Numbered from the stretch's first letter, positions 12,356 to 32,700 are shown. The stretch is DNA of 64,000 nt from Blasia pusilla (GCA_050084515.1 CM114271.1:35092001-35156000), one strand, 5' to 3'. Translations and numbers: made by a program. Notes: generated by a model not told the origin, from the sequence alone.

Positions 12356-15300
12356 ACAAGGCGAGCGGAGCGGGGCAGAGCACAGAACGCGAGAGAGAGC
12401 AAGACAGACGGACAGACAGACAATCAGGAAAAAATCAGGCCAGCAGGAAGGAAAGGAGACGAGTGCGCACTGCGCTCGCTCACGCACCAGAGCAGAGCAG
12501 AGCGGAGCGGAGCAGAGCAGAGCGGCAGAGGGAGACAAACAATAGGAGAGCGGAGGGGAGGAGGAGGGGAGGAAGAGAACGACAGGTGCCTCTCCTTTCC
12601 CGGGCCTACTCTCCCGCAGCTGTACCGAGCCTACAGGGTCTTGCGGATCGGGTCTACCGTAGCATCGCCGCGTCACTCCCCAAGCCTTCCTTTGACGACC
12701 TCTTGTCATGCTCATGTCACCAACCAACCCCTCTCTCTCCCTCTCTCCCTCCCTCCCTCCTCCTCCCCTCGTTTCAAGAACGCTCACACCCCATCTGCCT
12801 CGCCGTAGTATGACCACATGAATGCTCGAAACCTGATGTACTTGCAAATAGTTTGATTCCAAAAGGAGACCTAGCACCGGGTCCAGATGCTGGATTGGGT
12901 TGCCATGTTTAGAGGAAATATCTCGTGGATAAGATTTGGTTCCATAGCCATGCCAAACACATTTAATTGCTAAATCTGAATAAGTTACCCATGGAGTGAG
13001 TCTCCTTAGTCCAGGCCATTCCTTAAGAAGCTCTTTAGGAAACTGCTAGAAATTTTAGATGGAGTTATTTTTTTCTCGAAACCATTCTGGTTATGATTAC
13101 AGGACATTACAAAGGTTTTAATGTGGCTAGTGGTGGAGGCTTATGTGCATCGATAATCAAATAATCGTGTGAAAGACAATGATCAAATATAAAACCCTTG
13201 TTATATGCAAAAGTAAGAGCAACCGTGCAATCGGTTGGCATAAGTATGGATCTTCCATGCTTTTCCACTTTACAACACTATTAGATAAGAACCTACATCC
13301 ATGCAAATATTTTCTTAGAAGCTTTGCCACCTCTCTTGGAGGCTTTGACATCTCTAATATCTACTTGGTGTTGTCTCCTCTAAGCCGAAAATGTCGGCTG
13401 GTATTTAAGCTCCAATGCTAGTAGAATCTTGTATGGATGAGAGATGAAGTCCAATCTTGAAAAAAAAAATCCATGCACATATAGAATCCCCTCTAATCTT
13501 AAACAAGTGTGAATCTACTATTTTCCAAGGGACTTTCCTTTTCAAGAGAGGGCTTCACTTCTTTGGAAGTAGAAGTCCAAAAAAAAGGTAACCCCCTCTC
13601 CTCGTATTATAGTATAGATGTTGGAAAAAAAAATGAAACAATTTGCACAATCTTCTCCTAGATACCTTTTGAAGCCAAGTCAAAAATCGCATAATTTATG
13701 AGGCAGACATTTTGGTCTCCAACCATATGTGTAAAGGAATGTCATATATGTGGCCATTTATGATAAGTTACCACCAACATGAAGATGAGGTGATATTCCA
13801 AGAGAAGGTTGATCTAGGGTTCTTCTTATCTAAGATACATAATGTTGAATATTTTCATCTCCAACTAAAAAAATTCTAGGAAAGAAAATGATGAGGCTAT
13901 GTGAGATGACCAATTGGATATCAATCAAAAGATTGGCTTATCGGTAAGCTCTATTACAAGAATATAATGGATCTTTTTAAGGTTAAAAAAACCCATGTGA
14001 CACTATATTCGAGTAGCAGAGTATATAGTTAGTGGTTGAAATTTGTCTTTTATCAAAATCCTCCCACCATCTATAGTCGAGCTATTCAACCATATGATTT
14101 AACTTCTCTATTAGAAGTATCAAGTATGATATTTTTCATTTTGGATTTTCTTTTGATTTTTCTCTCTTTGTGCTCTAGGATGGTGGTTTTTCTCGTGTGT
14201 TTGGTATCCTCTTGGTGTGTGTGTGTGAATCGGCAATCCTATAGGGAAAATAGTGAGATAATAAGACAAAATAGTAAGAAGTTTGCAATTTTATCCCTTA
14301 ATTCACATTCGATATTTTGGGAAGGAAAAATGAATATGAATAGAAGAAAGAAATGATTTCATTAATATATGCTAATTTGGTGGGAGGATTGGATGGGGAG
14401 GAGTAGGTATTGTGTAAATTTTTATGGAAGGGTAGAATTATTTATAGGAATTTGGAAAGTTTGGAATTATTTGTAGAATGCCTCTCTTGGCATTCAACAA
14501 TTCAAATTTATGTATGTATACTTTTGGCATCCATGATATCAATATTGATATTTTGGATAGTAAGTCTCTTAAAGTGAAGTTGTAAGAAAACATAGTCACT
14601 TTTAAGAATACATATAATATTATGATATGTGTTCTATCAAGTGATAGTTGTACACATGGACCAACAACAAATATTATCACCTAGAAAAAAATTAATGTCT
14701 CATTATTACACCCTCACCTATGATCAAGCATGCCTTTTTCTCCCAAAATCTCTTTTCCTCTTTTCTTCATTTTAAATTTTCTTATTGATTAGAGGAGGCA
14801 TGACATAAGAGGTTCACCCCTTAATTTGAATTGTGATAAACTCTTTTCAACAAAAAATGAAAAGAAAAATGAAAAGATCCACCAGGGAAAGAAACAACCG
14901 GAATACAAGAAGTCAAAAAAATATATTCTACATTGGAGAGAGACCCTTCATTTTTTAAACTTTTCTCTTCTTAACACTTGGCACTTTCAACCAATAGCAT
15001 CGCTTGCCTTCTAAGCCAATAGGATCGTACAAAATTGATTTGTAATGGCACTTGAAAATTTTGAGAGTTAATTATCATTTTGGGAAGTACTTTAAACTTT
15101 TGCATAGCTCAGGCCAACACTAGTTGTTTTTTAACTCTATCTAAGGATAGATAAAGGCAAGTTCCAAACAACCGATAGCATCTGGGAAATATAAATTAGA
15201 AATTAGTGTAAAAATTGAAATAGAAGAAAAATTCTAATATTTTAATATCATTGCTATTGACGTAAGACTATTTCAACCAAAAAATCTTCAGGGTATTCTC

Positions 15301-17792
15301 TTAAGAGATCACTTCAAAAGAAAGAAGTATCGTATTAAAAACACTCCCATGCATTATATTTTAATGTTTTCTTTTCAAAATGAAGCCATTTTCTAAAGAA
15401 TTTAACATGTCATCATGGAAACGTGAGCAACAAAATGGAAACATAATTTTCAAAAAGATTGTGAGATGCAACCTTGATATCCACTTATTTGAATCACTTT
15501 AATTAATTTATTTATTTTATGCGGTCATGCTTGATTTAATAAAGCGGTCATGCATGGTAAACTGACCTGACACGCAGCTCCACAATAACGAGCTCGTTTA
15601 TAAGACCGCTCAGTAAAAGAACAACTCGCTGGCAATTCTCTCGATTCGACACTGGAGTGTTGAGAGCACTTAAGATCCCCGTCGAAGGACACGGGCCGGC
15701 AGCGGAGGCGTTGACGCCGTCGAAGCGAGGGCTTACACCGTCGTCGTACACACGCCCACGGGACCTCACTCGCCGTCAACGGCCGTCGTAATCTCTCCCT
15801 CCTATGGCGTTGCGTGGGTAGGTCGGCGAAATATGCCGAGGGTGTTTAGGAAACTTCAAATCTCGTTAACTCCTAATCTACAGAAAACATAATCGTTCTA
15901 TAAATAGTAATTTCTAATTAAATAATACTGTCTGGAGTAAACGTCCTCACTACTGAAGTCCACGGGTCAGGCTGCTCGGTGAGTTCGCCGGTGACAGGGA
16001 GAAACATGAATTCCGTAGGGATTTCTCAAACCCGTTAATTCATAATAAACCCCTTGCATTAGCCGCCATTGGCTAGATTAGGGCAAGGCCCGGTAAGTTG
16101 GTAACCAAGGGGCAGGTAACGCAGTTAGTACCGGAGAGGGCGGGGAGAACAGAAGCGCACACGGAGCGCCACGTGGTCAACTCGGGAGCCATCTAGGCTA
16201 CATACAGCACGGTACTTCTTTGAGCACCGATAATCGTGGTTATGAAGCATGACATTCATGAGCCATCCATTGTCATCATGCTTGGAAAGAACACCGCAGT
16301 TGTACAGATTGTACGTCCATGGCGATGATCCCATGACTCCCATACCGATCCCGCAGATTCCCGCTGCGTATGATGACCACGGACACCAGACGGTGACCTT
16401 AGCATTTTTACAAAACGGGGAGCGCTTAACCTCAGGTAAAGCCGGACTGCTGCAGGACAGGGTGTTGGACGATTCGATCATGTCGGATCAAAGGTGGGGT
16501 GAGGGAAATATAGGTTGACCCGGTTTATTAAACCAGAGCGCAGTTAAAAATGTTGATCCCGACCAGCCATCTGCACCGTAGGGTCAGCTGAACCGAAGGC
16601 TTCTCCATTACCCTATGAGGATGCTCCAAGACTAAATCTAGGCCCGCGTAACCTGTTCCGGGTCGTTGTACCGGTTTAGGTTAGAACTCAAAGCGTTGTG
16701 TGTCACAGGGCGATTGTTATTTTCGTCACATGCCTTGGAAATTTGAATGGATGGAGGACTAAGCAGAATATGTTACCTCTCCAAATATTAGGGCGTTTAG
16801 TTTCGTCCTTCGGACGGCTAGCTTTGTATTCAAGTCACACATTTTTATTTTAACTATGCGATGCACGTTATATTCTCGAGAATAAAATTAACTTTCGAAT
16901 AAATGTTTTAATCTATGATAATATTGGAGAGTGGCCCTTATTTTACAAATTCTCTCCTTTTGGCACATTGAGCCGATTTGATAGTTCACCTTTTGAACCA
17001 ATAAGATCTTTTGAGAGTTAATAATGGAAAGTAATTTGAACTCGTCCATCATGGACTCACACTAATTAGTTATATATTTTGAAAAAAATAAAACAAGACT
17101 TTTTAAAATTTTATTGAAAGCTTTTGTGGGGGGTTAAGAAGATGGAAAGGAGAAGTACAAAAAGACATGGAGTACAGAAATATTCACGTGTGTATATGCG
17201 TATGGAGGGAAAGTCCAAGTAGTGGAGGGAATTTTTTTTAATTAGAATCTTTCCAAAACTCATTCTAGGAGAAAACGGGGAGGAAGGAGATGAGGAAATG
17301 GCATTATTTAACTCGAGCTATAGAGTAAGAGGAGAGAAGGGAAGTGGAGAGAGGAGAGCATTGAAGTTTTTATAAAATCCACATGCTAAGAAAAATGACA
17401 CATATGGAGGAAGGTAAGAGGTATGAGAGCATTGAATTCACATAAGAGGCCATAAACACATCCTAATTTATCCTAACAAGATCTCTATAATTTGATACAA
17501 TTTGAATCTGCATGTCTCTTTTTCATAAGTAGCATTCTACAAGCCTTACAATTGTAATCAACTTGGCCCTTGAAAATATAGGTGCATAAATTATAGCATT
17601 GTAGTATGGGCCGTAGTCAATAGTTTCTTAATCTATTTTGAGTTTTTTTTTTGAATTATAACGACCTCTACAAGTACAAGTTGAATTAAATATCACGTGC
17701 AATGGCTTGTCACATCTTTTGTAATGGATTGATGAGCAAGGTGAGCATTGAATTCACTGTAGGAAAATGGGTTTGATTGAGAGAGAGAGAGA

Positions 17793-22632
<4,840 letters not shown>

Positions 22633-23736
22633 TGTGTTGGTGCCCCATTCAACATTTCATGCAAGTGCTCACATGAGCAAGACTTGTTGGTTTCTTGGCT
22701 TTGTATGTTTATTTTTTTCGTACATAAGATAGGCACAAATAAGCATTGCCCAATTTTTGGTAGAATTGTGAATAGGGGGACAAGTTCCACCATGTTGGGG
22801 CTTTTGGAAGTATTTTATTGCTCTTTGGTTTGTTTATTAATATATTTGTAGAAAATTTGTCAAAGCGTTGCCAAACTTTTCATAAGAATTGAAGCCAAAA
22901 TCTCTACAAATATCGCTTCCAATTACAAATTGCAGTGTCGATGCATGATCGTGTGGACCAACAAGGCACACTGTCCAAAAAATGGCTTGTTTTTTTTACA
23001 TATGAACGTGAAATAGTGACCATTCCTACGTGTCTACCATAACCATCACATGAGGATGAAATTTCATATTTTTGTGGTAAGAATCAATTTAGGGCTAGCC
23101 AAGTAAAAAAATTATTTACTTTTAGAGGGCATCAAATGAAACTTGTGATTTAGAGGTATATTTGAGTGAAAATCTTATTTATAAGGATTTGAGCCTTTTT
23201 TAAGAAAAAATGGTCCAACTTACTTAAGATTTCGTGAGTTGATTTTTTATAAGGGGGTCGTAGAGTTAAGAAAAGAGAAAGGTAGACTTTTGAGTAAATT
23301 TTAAATAGAACCTATATGCATACATGTATGATATTCAACAAGCATTGACTGTCTATTGCTTGCTATTCGTCGATTATTGTTTGACTTCTATCCAACCATT
23401 GATAAGAAAGGAGCTACTCATTGACATGGTTGAGTCACCTTTTTTGCACTACTACGCATAGTAACTCGCTTTATGTTGATTGAGTATCGTGCTCTAAAGC
23501 GTGAAATCGCAACACACCACCAAATCACCGATTGTCGCGATGTGTCACTCGATCTCGATTGTGGAGCCGCATCGGACCTAAGGAATGAAGCATATGTATT
23601 AACAATAAAGGAGGGGATGTTGTTGGTTCCCCTATCTTTTTATTGAGTGTCATGCCATTTTTAGTTATTTTGTGTCAATGTTGTCACACCACACCATCAA
23701 GGAAGATTGAGTACCATTAGCATCGAGGGGTATGAC

Positions 23737-24188
23737 CATGGTTGCACATGGATAGAGTCTGTGTGTGCAAACATCTCCATGTCCGCAAACTTATGGCCGT
23801 CCTAGGGATCTACATGTCCATATTGGCCCGGGTATCCGCGGCCCGCACCTAAGCCCGCCTAGCCCGTCACGTAGTCCTTGGCGGTCCAAGCCCACACCCG
23901 TTTTGTGTCTTGCATGGAGCCTGCTCAAGGCCCCTAGGTCGGGCTCAGACCCTGCATATGGCGGGCACGTGGGTCCTCATCCTGCCATGCAGGCCTCAGC
24001 CCGCCCAATGGGGGTCTAGCTTCCATGAGATCTTGCTGCGGGTTCCATGCAGGCCACAAAACGGGTACGTAAAGGCTCAGCCCGCCCAGGTCTATGCGAC
24101 AGGCTTGGTGAGCACAGGGGTGGGCTTGGATGCGGGCTGCGTGTGCCTGAACGGCATGTCCGGACTTGTCTATTTCCGTGCAACCTTG
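23737..24188. mobile_element. hAT-type MITE, copy 2
   Basis: TIRs CATGGTTGCAC / GTGCAACCTTG; TSD GGTATGAC / GGTATGAA (7 of 8); interior similar to 3148-3433. Confidence 0.88.
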
Positions 24189-26786
24189 GGTATGAAGGGC
24201 TAACGGGAAGAGTATTTCTTTGTGATCAATTTGGGGTAGAGTTTGTAGTTGGCAAGGAGCCACAATGAAAATGGAACCCGTGGAATTCTAGTCTTTTTCC
24301 TTGCACTTGTGAGGGATTTCCATGTATTAGGTAACATGTTTGTCGTAGTATTGGGATTGTATAGATGCTTGGAGAAACATTGATGTATGGGGATAGGGGA
24401 TGTACATCCATGTGGTATATCCACATCAATATTTGTCCAATGTTGATGAGAGGATAGATTAGTATTGACTATTGCTACATTGCGCCACTTGTTGCCTTGT
24501 CAAACATGTCTCAAGTTCAAAGAATGTAGGTTGAGTTCCACACATTTATAGTTTCAAGTGATTGAGAGATTATTTGTGGGGTTTAAGAGTTATTGATCAT
24601 GTGAGGGGGTACAAGAGTCATCATAATATCCTTTCGGAATTTTGAGAGGCAAGGTGGTATACCAGAGAGTAATGGTATAGGTTTTACATGGAGTCTTGTG
24701 AGATATTGAGGGACACTTTTACAGCATATAATGGTATTTTCCAACATCTAGAGGAGGTGTCCATGGATGATTATCATGAGTTGTCCCTCAAATATGCGTT
24801 ATAGATTGAAGTCATGGGACTCTACTATGATCCATATTATGTATCATCAACCTAAGCCTTTTTCAATAGGAAGGAGGATCTAGGAAGGTTACTTCCTCTA
24901 CCACTATTGATATTTATTGAGGGGTAAGTTGGACTAGAGCAATTACGTTGTCTAGTCAAGTTAATTCTAGGTTCAACCCCATGGTTAAATTCTTTGCAAA
25001 GTTACAAAGGAGCTATCAAAGGGTACAGACCAAGAAGTTGTGGAGCATCCAAGACTTCCATAAGTGCAAACGAAAGAGTTTGCAAGAGGTATTTACTCGC
25101 ATGCATTGATTGATTAGTGTCAATTGAGGAGTGATAGAGGCTCATGTTGTCCAAGCATGGTATGGGATATTGGAGCAGGACCTATGGAGACGGGTTATGG
25201 ATACGACACTTCTATATCACATACCTATCTACGTTGAGAGATGTATCTGAATTGGTTGAGTGCATTAAGCTCAAGATGGCCAAGGAGAGTGTAACAACTT
25301 TGAGCCATTTGAGAGAGATTGTACAAGTGCACTCACCTCTGATGCAATAGTGGGTATCCCAAAAGAGGAGTACAACATTGCGAGTACAATAGGGTTATCA
25401 TGACCTTGTACCACATAGACCCATGTTATCGTATATAGGTCAACAACAACCAAGAGTTATTATTGGAAATCTGGGGGAGCTCATTGTCAATAAGACTGCA
25501 TCTGTCAGGTTAGTGGACACATGCTCCAACCTTTGGGAGTATATGGGCTTCCACCAAGAGTATTTCAATATATAAGATCACAATTAGTGTTGTGGTTATA
25601 CATATGCTAGGTGTTTTAACCTAAAACTTGAGCTATATCCAGATTGGATTCCAAAGAGGGCCCTAGACTATGTTGGAGATCCGGATAGGACTAGAGCTTG
25701 TGGAGTAGGTTGTCTAATAGGAGGATGAGGAGTTGAATATGCTCATGGAGGAGGTTGAGGTCCATCACCTACACAAGTTAAGGGAGATTGTGGGCATGAG
25801 GATGGGATGGCTACTCATATAGAGCAATAACAATAAGAAATTACATCAATGGCTTTGAGATTATCGGAAGTTAGATTCCTAGCATTGATGCCGCAGGTAG
25901 CAATAAGGGATATGGAGGATCCTTGTTGGATGTGTAGGGATGCACATATGGAGGCAACTAATGTTGTTACATATGGTGCCGTAGCAGAGTTGGATCCATA
26001 GAGTGGTGAAGCGAGGAAATAGACCAAGCTCCTTAAATCATTTACATTGACGGAGGCAATGGATTTTAATTAGAGTTTTGGGATGGTGTTGGAACATAAT
26101 CATGACAGGAAAAAGGAGAAGCAAGTGTGATGAATCCTATTGTTGGTGCTCAAGAGTAGCCTTTGGCAACCACATTCTTGGGAGTGGCCATGATCATGTA
26201 CCGCGCTCCATGTCTTTCTACTACTATTAAGGTCACATTGGAAGTTACACTTGCCAAGGTGTACCTTCCAATGACATAAGATTTTGGTGAGGCTTAGATT
26301 AGGATATTTGACAAATGATTCTATGGTGAGAGCAAAGGCAATAATGATTCATATAGAGTCCTATGATGCCTTGGTTAGTGGAGCAATGTAGTACCCAATG
26401 GAGTTTACCCTGGAATATTGGAACAATAAAATTTCTTTTGGCCAAGATGGAATTCTTGTGATGGTCGACTTAGCTTATTGTTAGTAGGATTCACTTGTGA
26501 AGTGATCGAGCGGTGAGTCAGAAGATGGTGACTCTAGCAGTGCCATCATCTAGCCTAGAGATTTGATTGAGGATCATATCCATGTAGAGAAAAAATATCT
26601 GACCAACACCTCTATGGAGATAAATTTCATGGCAGTGGCATCATTTCGTGGAGAAGAGGTGACTTGAATACTTTATGGGGCTTGAGTAAGGAGCTTTAAG
26701 TGTTGGCAAATGAGCATGTGCAGATGGCATGGAATGAGACCTTTGTATCAGAACGAGATAAGTTAGAGGAGCTAAAGGTAGCAAGG

Positions 26787-27810
26787 TGTCGTGACCCTCA
26801 TGACCAAACAAGTGCCGATCGGAACATCCCAACTCTAGCGGGCTCACGCTAGGATGGTTTGCGCTTTGGAGAGGTCTCAAGAAGAGACAAGTTAGGAAAC
26901 GCAAGTGGGAGACGCAAGCAAGGAGAGCATTTTTAATGTTTCATGTGTTTATGGTCATGACTAAGGAACCAAAACCAAACGTAAACTCGGACTTGAGCGG
27001 AGTCAAGTATAGGATGAGACGTGGCCAAGGAGTGAGAACCAGATTTGGAATGTGATTAGCGTTTGGGTTTTGGACTGTATTTTTAACTATAAATTTTAGT
27101 CTTAAGGTGCATTTAGAACAAGTAAGGTGGTGTTGGAAAGCTTATGCGGAGTTGGTTCCAATGTACTAAAGATCTTAGCAAACGCACAAGTAGAGGCTAA
27201 GATATTGGCCAAAAACAACTATGCAAGGAGTCGGTTGAGGGCCAAAAAGAGGGGCCCGGATGTCTCTTCCCTAGAGGTAGGGGAAGGGCAGGAATCCCCA
27301 TAAGTGATAGTAAGGGGGAAGGTCTCAAAGGATGGTTGGGACTTGAATCCCACTTTGGGGCGCCGCGGGGCGACTCAAGGGCACGGACTGGATCGGGAGT
27401 TTTGGCGTTGGGATTCGAATCCCGAACCAAGTCCAATAGAGTGGATTTTGGAGGTCCCTATTCAATTCCAACTTGCAACTCATTTTTTTGGTCTTAGTTT
27501 GGGAGCTCATGCGAGGTCCATTGGATAGTTGGGAACTCTAGGAGTGCAAACGCCGTTTTAGGTGTCTAGACTACCCATAAAGTCTATCCCAAGTCTCGAA
27601 AGACTTGCCTCTGTTGGGAAGGTAGGAATGAGGAAAGGTTGAGCTTGATGAGGTTCCAAGTTAAGGACTTGGTGGGTTGGAAGGCCGATTGGCCTAGACC
27701 AGACTAACGTGAGTGTGTTTGGGTGCAAATCTGCAATGAAAATGTGTCCTATTGAACGTACGCTTCCGCAACACTAAAGGTTGATATTCAAGGGGAGTAG
27801 GCACACGACA
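26787..27810. mobile_element. Solo LTR (1024 bp), same family as 1916-2915
   Basis: Termini TGTCGTG...CACGACA; perfect 5-bp TSD CAAGG (26782-26786, 27811-27815). Confidence 0.93.
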
Positions 27811-28453
27811 CAAGGAGTACTATGTTATTAGCCTTGGACACCATACCAATTGTATGGCTTCTTCCACAAAAGGGTGTGAAGGTGGTGGATCTCATTAAAA
27901 AGATCAACACTAGGTTGGTTATTGTGTTATAGGCAAGAATGCATGTATAATAGTATTTGTATATGGAGCACAATAAAGTTGTGAGGCATATCTCACTCCA
28001 ACATGTGTTGCATTTGCAATTATATTTTCTTGATTGGTTATCTCTGTCTATCGTTCAAGGCTACTAGATTTCCTTATTTAAGGATATCTCCTTGTTGGGG
28101 ACATAGGACTTGGATCAGATGGTGACCATTGATTTGTTCATTGGAGGTTGGTCATGTTAAGGCCAATCAAGCGCTACCTAAGGAGGTATTTTGGGCAACC
28201 CTCGATCTAGGTTATTTTGGAAGATGGTGAGGATCTTGCGACATTTGTTAGAGCACTAATATTGTTCTCTAGCTTAGATTCTAGATATTGTATTGATTTT
28301 GGATGATTCTCGTGCATGCATGGTGATTTTCTTTTTTTTTTCTTGGATTGGTTTAGCAATTTTTTTGTATGGCAATGATTGTAGATTCATGAGCATATAG
28401 TTTGCACCTCTAATAAAAAAACCTGATGCCAAAAAAGGTTTTGAGGAGGGCGT

Positions 28454-29731
28454 TGTCGTATAGTAAAATCAACCAGTGTGTAAACTCCTTCGTCATTAAG
28501 TGTTAGATAGAGTTTCATTAGTATTAAGTAAATTGGCTTAGAAAAAGGATATTCTTATGTTTAAACCTCTTTATGGTGCCTCTTTTATGCGGGCCCAACT
28601 TTAGGAAAAGGAGGTAATAAATAAAAGATGACTTTATAAAAGTAAAGTAGTTGCTTTAATGAAAAGCAAAAGTAGTCTTGGTTGGTGGCTAGGTTAGTTG
28701 GGGTAATTTGGAAAATATCATGTGGGTAAAAGAGGATATTTTGGAAGAGATAAGAGGAAATCTACTTGTGTCAAAATGTGATTGGCTAAGCCTTGAGAGG
28801 AAGCCATGTGGCACAAGATAAGATAAGCTCTATTTCGTACTCTTGTGGATCCCTTGTGAGTATATAAAGAGGAGGGACCTTCAAGGGTTCATCACCTTCT
28901 ATTCCACATCTTGAGTCTCTCGTGTCTCTCTTGAGTGTATGACTTTGGGATTGCTTGCTCTTCCAATGAGAGTGGATCACCCCTCTTGGAAGAGTAACTT
29001 GATCATGGTCTATTCTTCGAGAGGTTTCTAGAGTGTGGTGTGTGTGTGTGTGTGTGTGGGGATGAGAGGTTTGTCACTGTAGAGGAGTTTAGTCATACTA
29101 AAATAGCGGATGTTTTGGCTTGTTACTTTCCCAATGAGAGTGGATTACCCTCTTGGGAGAATAACTCGCCAAAACCCATTCTTGAGGAGAGTAGAGAATG
29201 TCATCAAGCATGGATAGGGGTGGAGCACGAGCTGTGCCCAACTTTCCTTTCCTAAATCCTTACCATGTCAAGGTACTCTTTGTAGATAGGCACTGGTTCA
29301 CTCGCTATTTAGTTTATCACTTTGGGGAGGCGTTCATGAACCAGGTCATGCAATCTCCAACTCAGGTGATTCTTCCTATCGTCACATATGGAAGGACATG
29401 GGATTGTACTTTGTATGTCCTTATATAGCGATCCATGGATGTCAATAGGCCTGGTCAAGTAGGGTTTAACACTAGTTGTGCTATCTTCCTCGTGTACAAA
29501 CGTAAAATAGTTTATAGGGATTTTATAGTTAGGAATTTCGGGGTCCGATGTTACGAAGAAGTGATCGCCTCGGCACTTCCATTTGTGATACCTGTCGTGA
29601 GAGAATGGAGAGTGTACATCATAATTTTGTATTGAAAAAGGAGAACTTATTAGAGAGTTCACCTTGCATCGACCGCATCTACCGCAGCTAGAAGGCCCGC
29701 CCTTGCTCGAAGAAAGATTCTCGACACGACA
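28454..29731 (+). mobile_element. Solo-LTR-like insert (1278 bp) with a 4-bp TSD, inside the decayed DNMT domain
   Basis: Termini TGTCGT...ACGACA; GCGT on both sides (28450-28453, 29732-29735); removal restores VLRRAYARAEHPSH. TATATAAA at 28861 and an imperfect ~60-bp internal duplication (~28961, ~29128). Confidence 0.85.
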
Positions 29732-32700
29732 GCGTATGCAAGAGCAGAGCATCCCTCCCATTTTTCGGTGGATTCCATCTTGGATCTTGTACATCAATCA
29801 AAAGAAGTGACGCACAATGGTTGATCTCCATTGGTAGTAGTCAACAAGGTTGGCATGCCACATGCACCCTTTCCTAAATTTGTGAGTTTTCTTGTTTGAT
29901 ATGCATCTAAGGAGGTATGCTTAGCTTGGTTTGGGATGATCACACACAATAGTTTGTGGAGCCCAACGTCGATGAGAGAAAGCGTGTGATGGGCTTTCTT
30001 ATGAGAGTGATGGCAAAATTGTTATTATTAGAGGCATGTTGATGTCATCTTTTTGGTTAGGCGATGGACTTCAAAGTATTTCGTGACATAGATTCTCAAC
30101 CTAGGCATAGTTGAGCAACATCATATACAATTGTAACATATGACTTGTATTGCACTTGTTGGTCTTGTGCCTACTAATACAACACAAGCAATAGTTGGGG
30201 GTGAGATCAATGGTGATTAAGAGAAACATACATTGACTTCATGGAATGTGATGTAGGTGCGTTGAGAGATGATGATCATTACAGTATGTATGGTGCATGG
30301 TGTTGCATATCAAGGAGCACCAAAAGATGAGATATCAAATTTGGTTGAAGATGAGCAGTGTCATTGATATTAAAGAGGTTGCACCAAAGCCCACGCTTGA
30401 GAGTCATAAGAATTGTTTTGCATATAATATACATGATTTGGGCATGTTGAAGGGTCCAAGAATCTGCATAAAGTTGTCTAGTGACACATAGATCTCTCAA
30501 CAATCTTGTGGGTAGATATAATGACATGAAGAGGCCTTGATTCAAAGCAAGAGCTAGGACTTGATCAAGACAAGACTAGTAGAGATGTTGCATGGAATAT
30601 ATCTATTTGCCACAATCATGTCCTCGAAGAAAGATATGCATAGCAACTAAAAAATTATACGGATGTGTGGAGATTATTCGTGTATCAATCGGCGAAAAAA
30701 GTGTGATAGGTATATCATGTCCACTCCTTAGAAGATCTATGATACTATTGGGGATGCAAAGATCTTCAATACTTGAGATCTTCAAGGTAGATAATTAGAA
30801 TGGATGATAAGCAAACGACAATATTTTGGGGCATCAACCCTCATTGGAATAATTGTTTATACATAATAGTGACGATTCTTATCATTTAGGTTAAGAACAC
30901 CCAAGCAAAGTTTAAGAGATTTCTTTATAGAATTTTGGCAAGTCTCAATTTTGCTAGATATTACATTGATGATAAAGTAATCTTTAGCATCACAATGGTG
31001 GAGCATCAGTGACATCTTGTGGAGGTGTTTTAACGATTACACTTACATTAGCTAAAGCTACATCCAAGCAAGTGTAGTTTTTTCTATGATTAGATTGAGT
31101 ACCTAGGTCAAACCATATACCCAAGTGGGACTTGGTGTTAACAAACAAAGGTAGAGGTTATCTCACATATTCCATATACTATAAATATGAGTCGAGTTCG
31201 CACGTTCATGAGCTTAGCAAACTTCTATTAACAAAACATAAAGGGATTCAGTATGATCATAAAGTTCCTAACCTTTTTAACCAAGGTAGATCATGAATGG
31301 AAGTAGGGAGATGAGCAAGACTCCTTGAGAGCATTTCAGATACTCAAGGATAGATTGAGGTTTGCGTCTATCTTGAAGATATCTCTTAGGGGGCACACTT
31401 TCCAACACATAAAGTGGGAAAGGAACCCCCCCTAAGAGGTATGCTCATCATACTTGGAGTAGTTGTGAGACTAGACTCTGTGTAGAGGGTTCATGATGGC
31501 TTACACTAGTCACTCAAACAAAATATTGCAGATCCAAAGTATAACTTGTATAAGATAGTGTGGATTGTTGTGCATTTCAAATGTTACTTATTTGGTAACC
31601 CCTTCATCTTCATTACTCATCACCAACCAGTTAAGTGGTTGTTGGAGTTTGATAAGCTTACACGAAAGATTTCCAAGTGGGCTTTACTATTGCAAGAGTA
31701 TGACTTCCATGTGGTACATCAACTTGGGAAACTTGATTGAAATGTAGATGGATTGAGTCATAACCCAAATCTAAGTTAGTTAAATGCCATTGGTGCTCTT
31801 TTGCATGGTGAGAGTGATAATGAGATGATGCTTAGATGGCACGCATCTACATATTTTGGTTTTCTAGCTATGGAGAGTCATGTTGTTTTGACTTTTATGA
31901 CAAGGTCCAGAGAGTCCTTAGAACCGGAATCCAGTGAGGAGGCGACATGTGGCCAAGATATGAATGAGGATGGGGAAGTCTTGGAGTAGGTACATACTGG
32001 TAGCTTGCGAGCATGATGGGCATAAAAAATCAAGATCAGATCCTACAACAAGCTAGAGGGTTCATTTGGAAGGGACATATTTCTTACAAGTTTGGGAGGA
32101 TGGTAGAGTATGAGTGGTGACTCATCCTTCGTAGATAGCATAATTGGTGTAGCATGGCCACGAAGAGTTGGAATGCCTTATTTAGAGTGAAGCAACATAC
32201 AACTTACTAAAAGTACAATATTGGTGGCGAGGCATGCAGATAGACATACAACAATTTGTTGATAAATGCATGTTGTATGATCAGGTCTAAGCATCATTCA
32301 ATGCTCTTACTTCATAATTGCATCTAATTCTGATCATGAGTTTATGCTACAGTTGGAGTTTGGATTTTTCATGGCCTTTACTTTTGACGAAGCATCAAAG
32401 TTGTTACATTTTGATGATGGTCATTCACTTCTTGGAGTTGATAGATTTGGTTGCATTTCACGACTAAGCAAGTGAGGGAGTAGTTTATATTTTCCTAAAT
32501 CGAGTATTGAATTAGTATGGCGCACTAGTGGAGGTAATGACATACCAGGGTAGATAGTTTTGCGGGAAGTTTTAGGCATTTTATGATCTAACATTGATTG
32601 ATAGTCGTACCACTTCGCGAGATCATCTTGAGGCGGATGGACTAATGAAGTGAATTTTCCAAATAATGAAGAGGGGTTTGTGCAAGTATGGATTGCAAAG

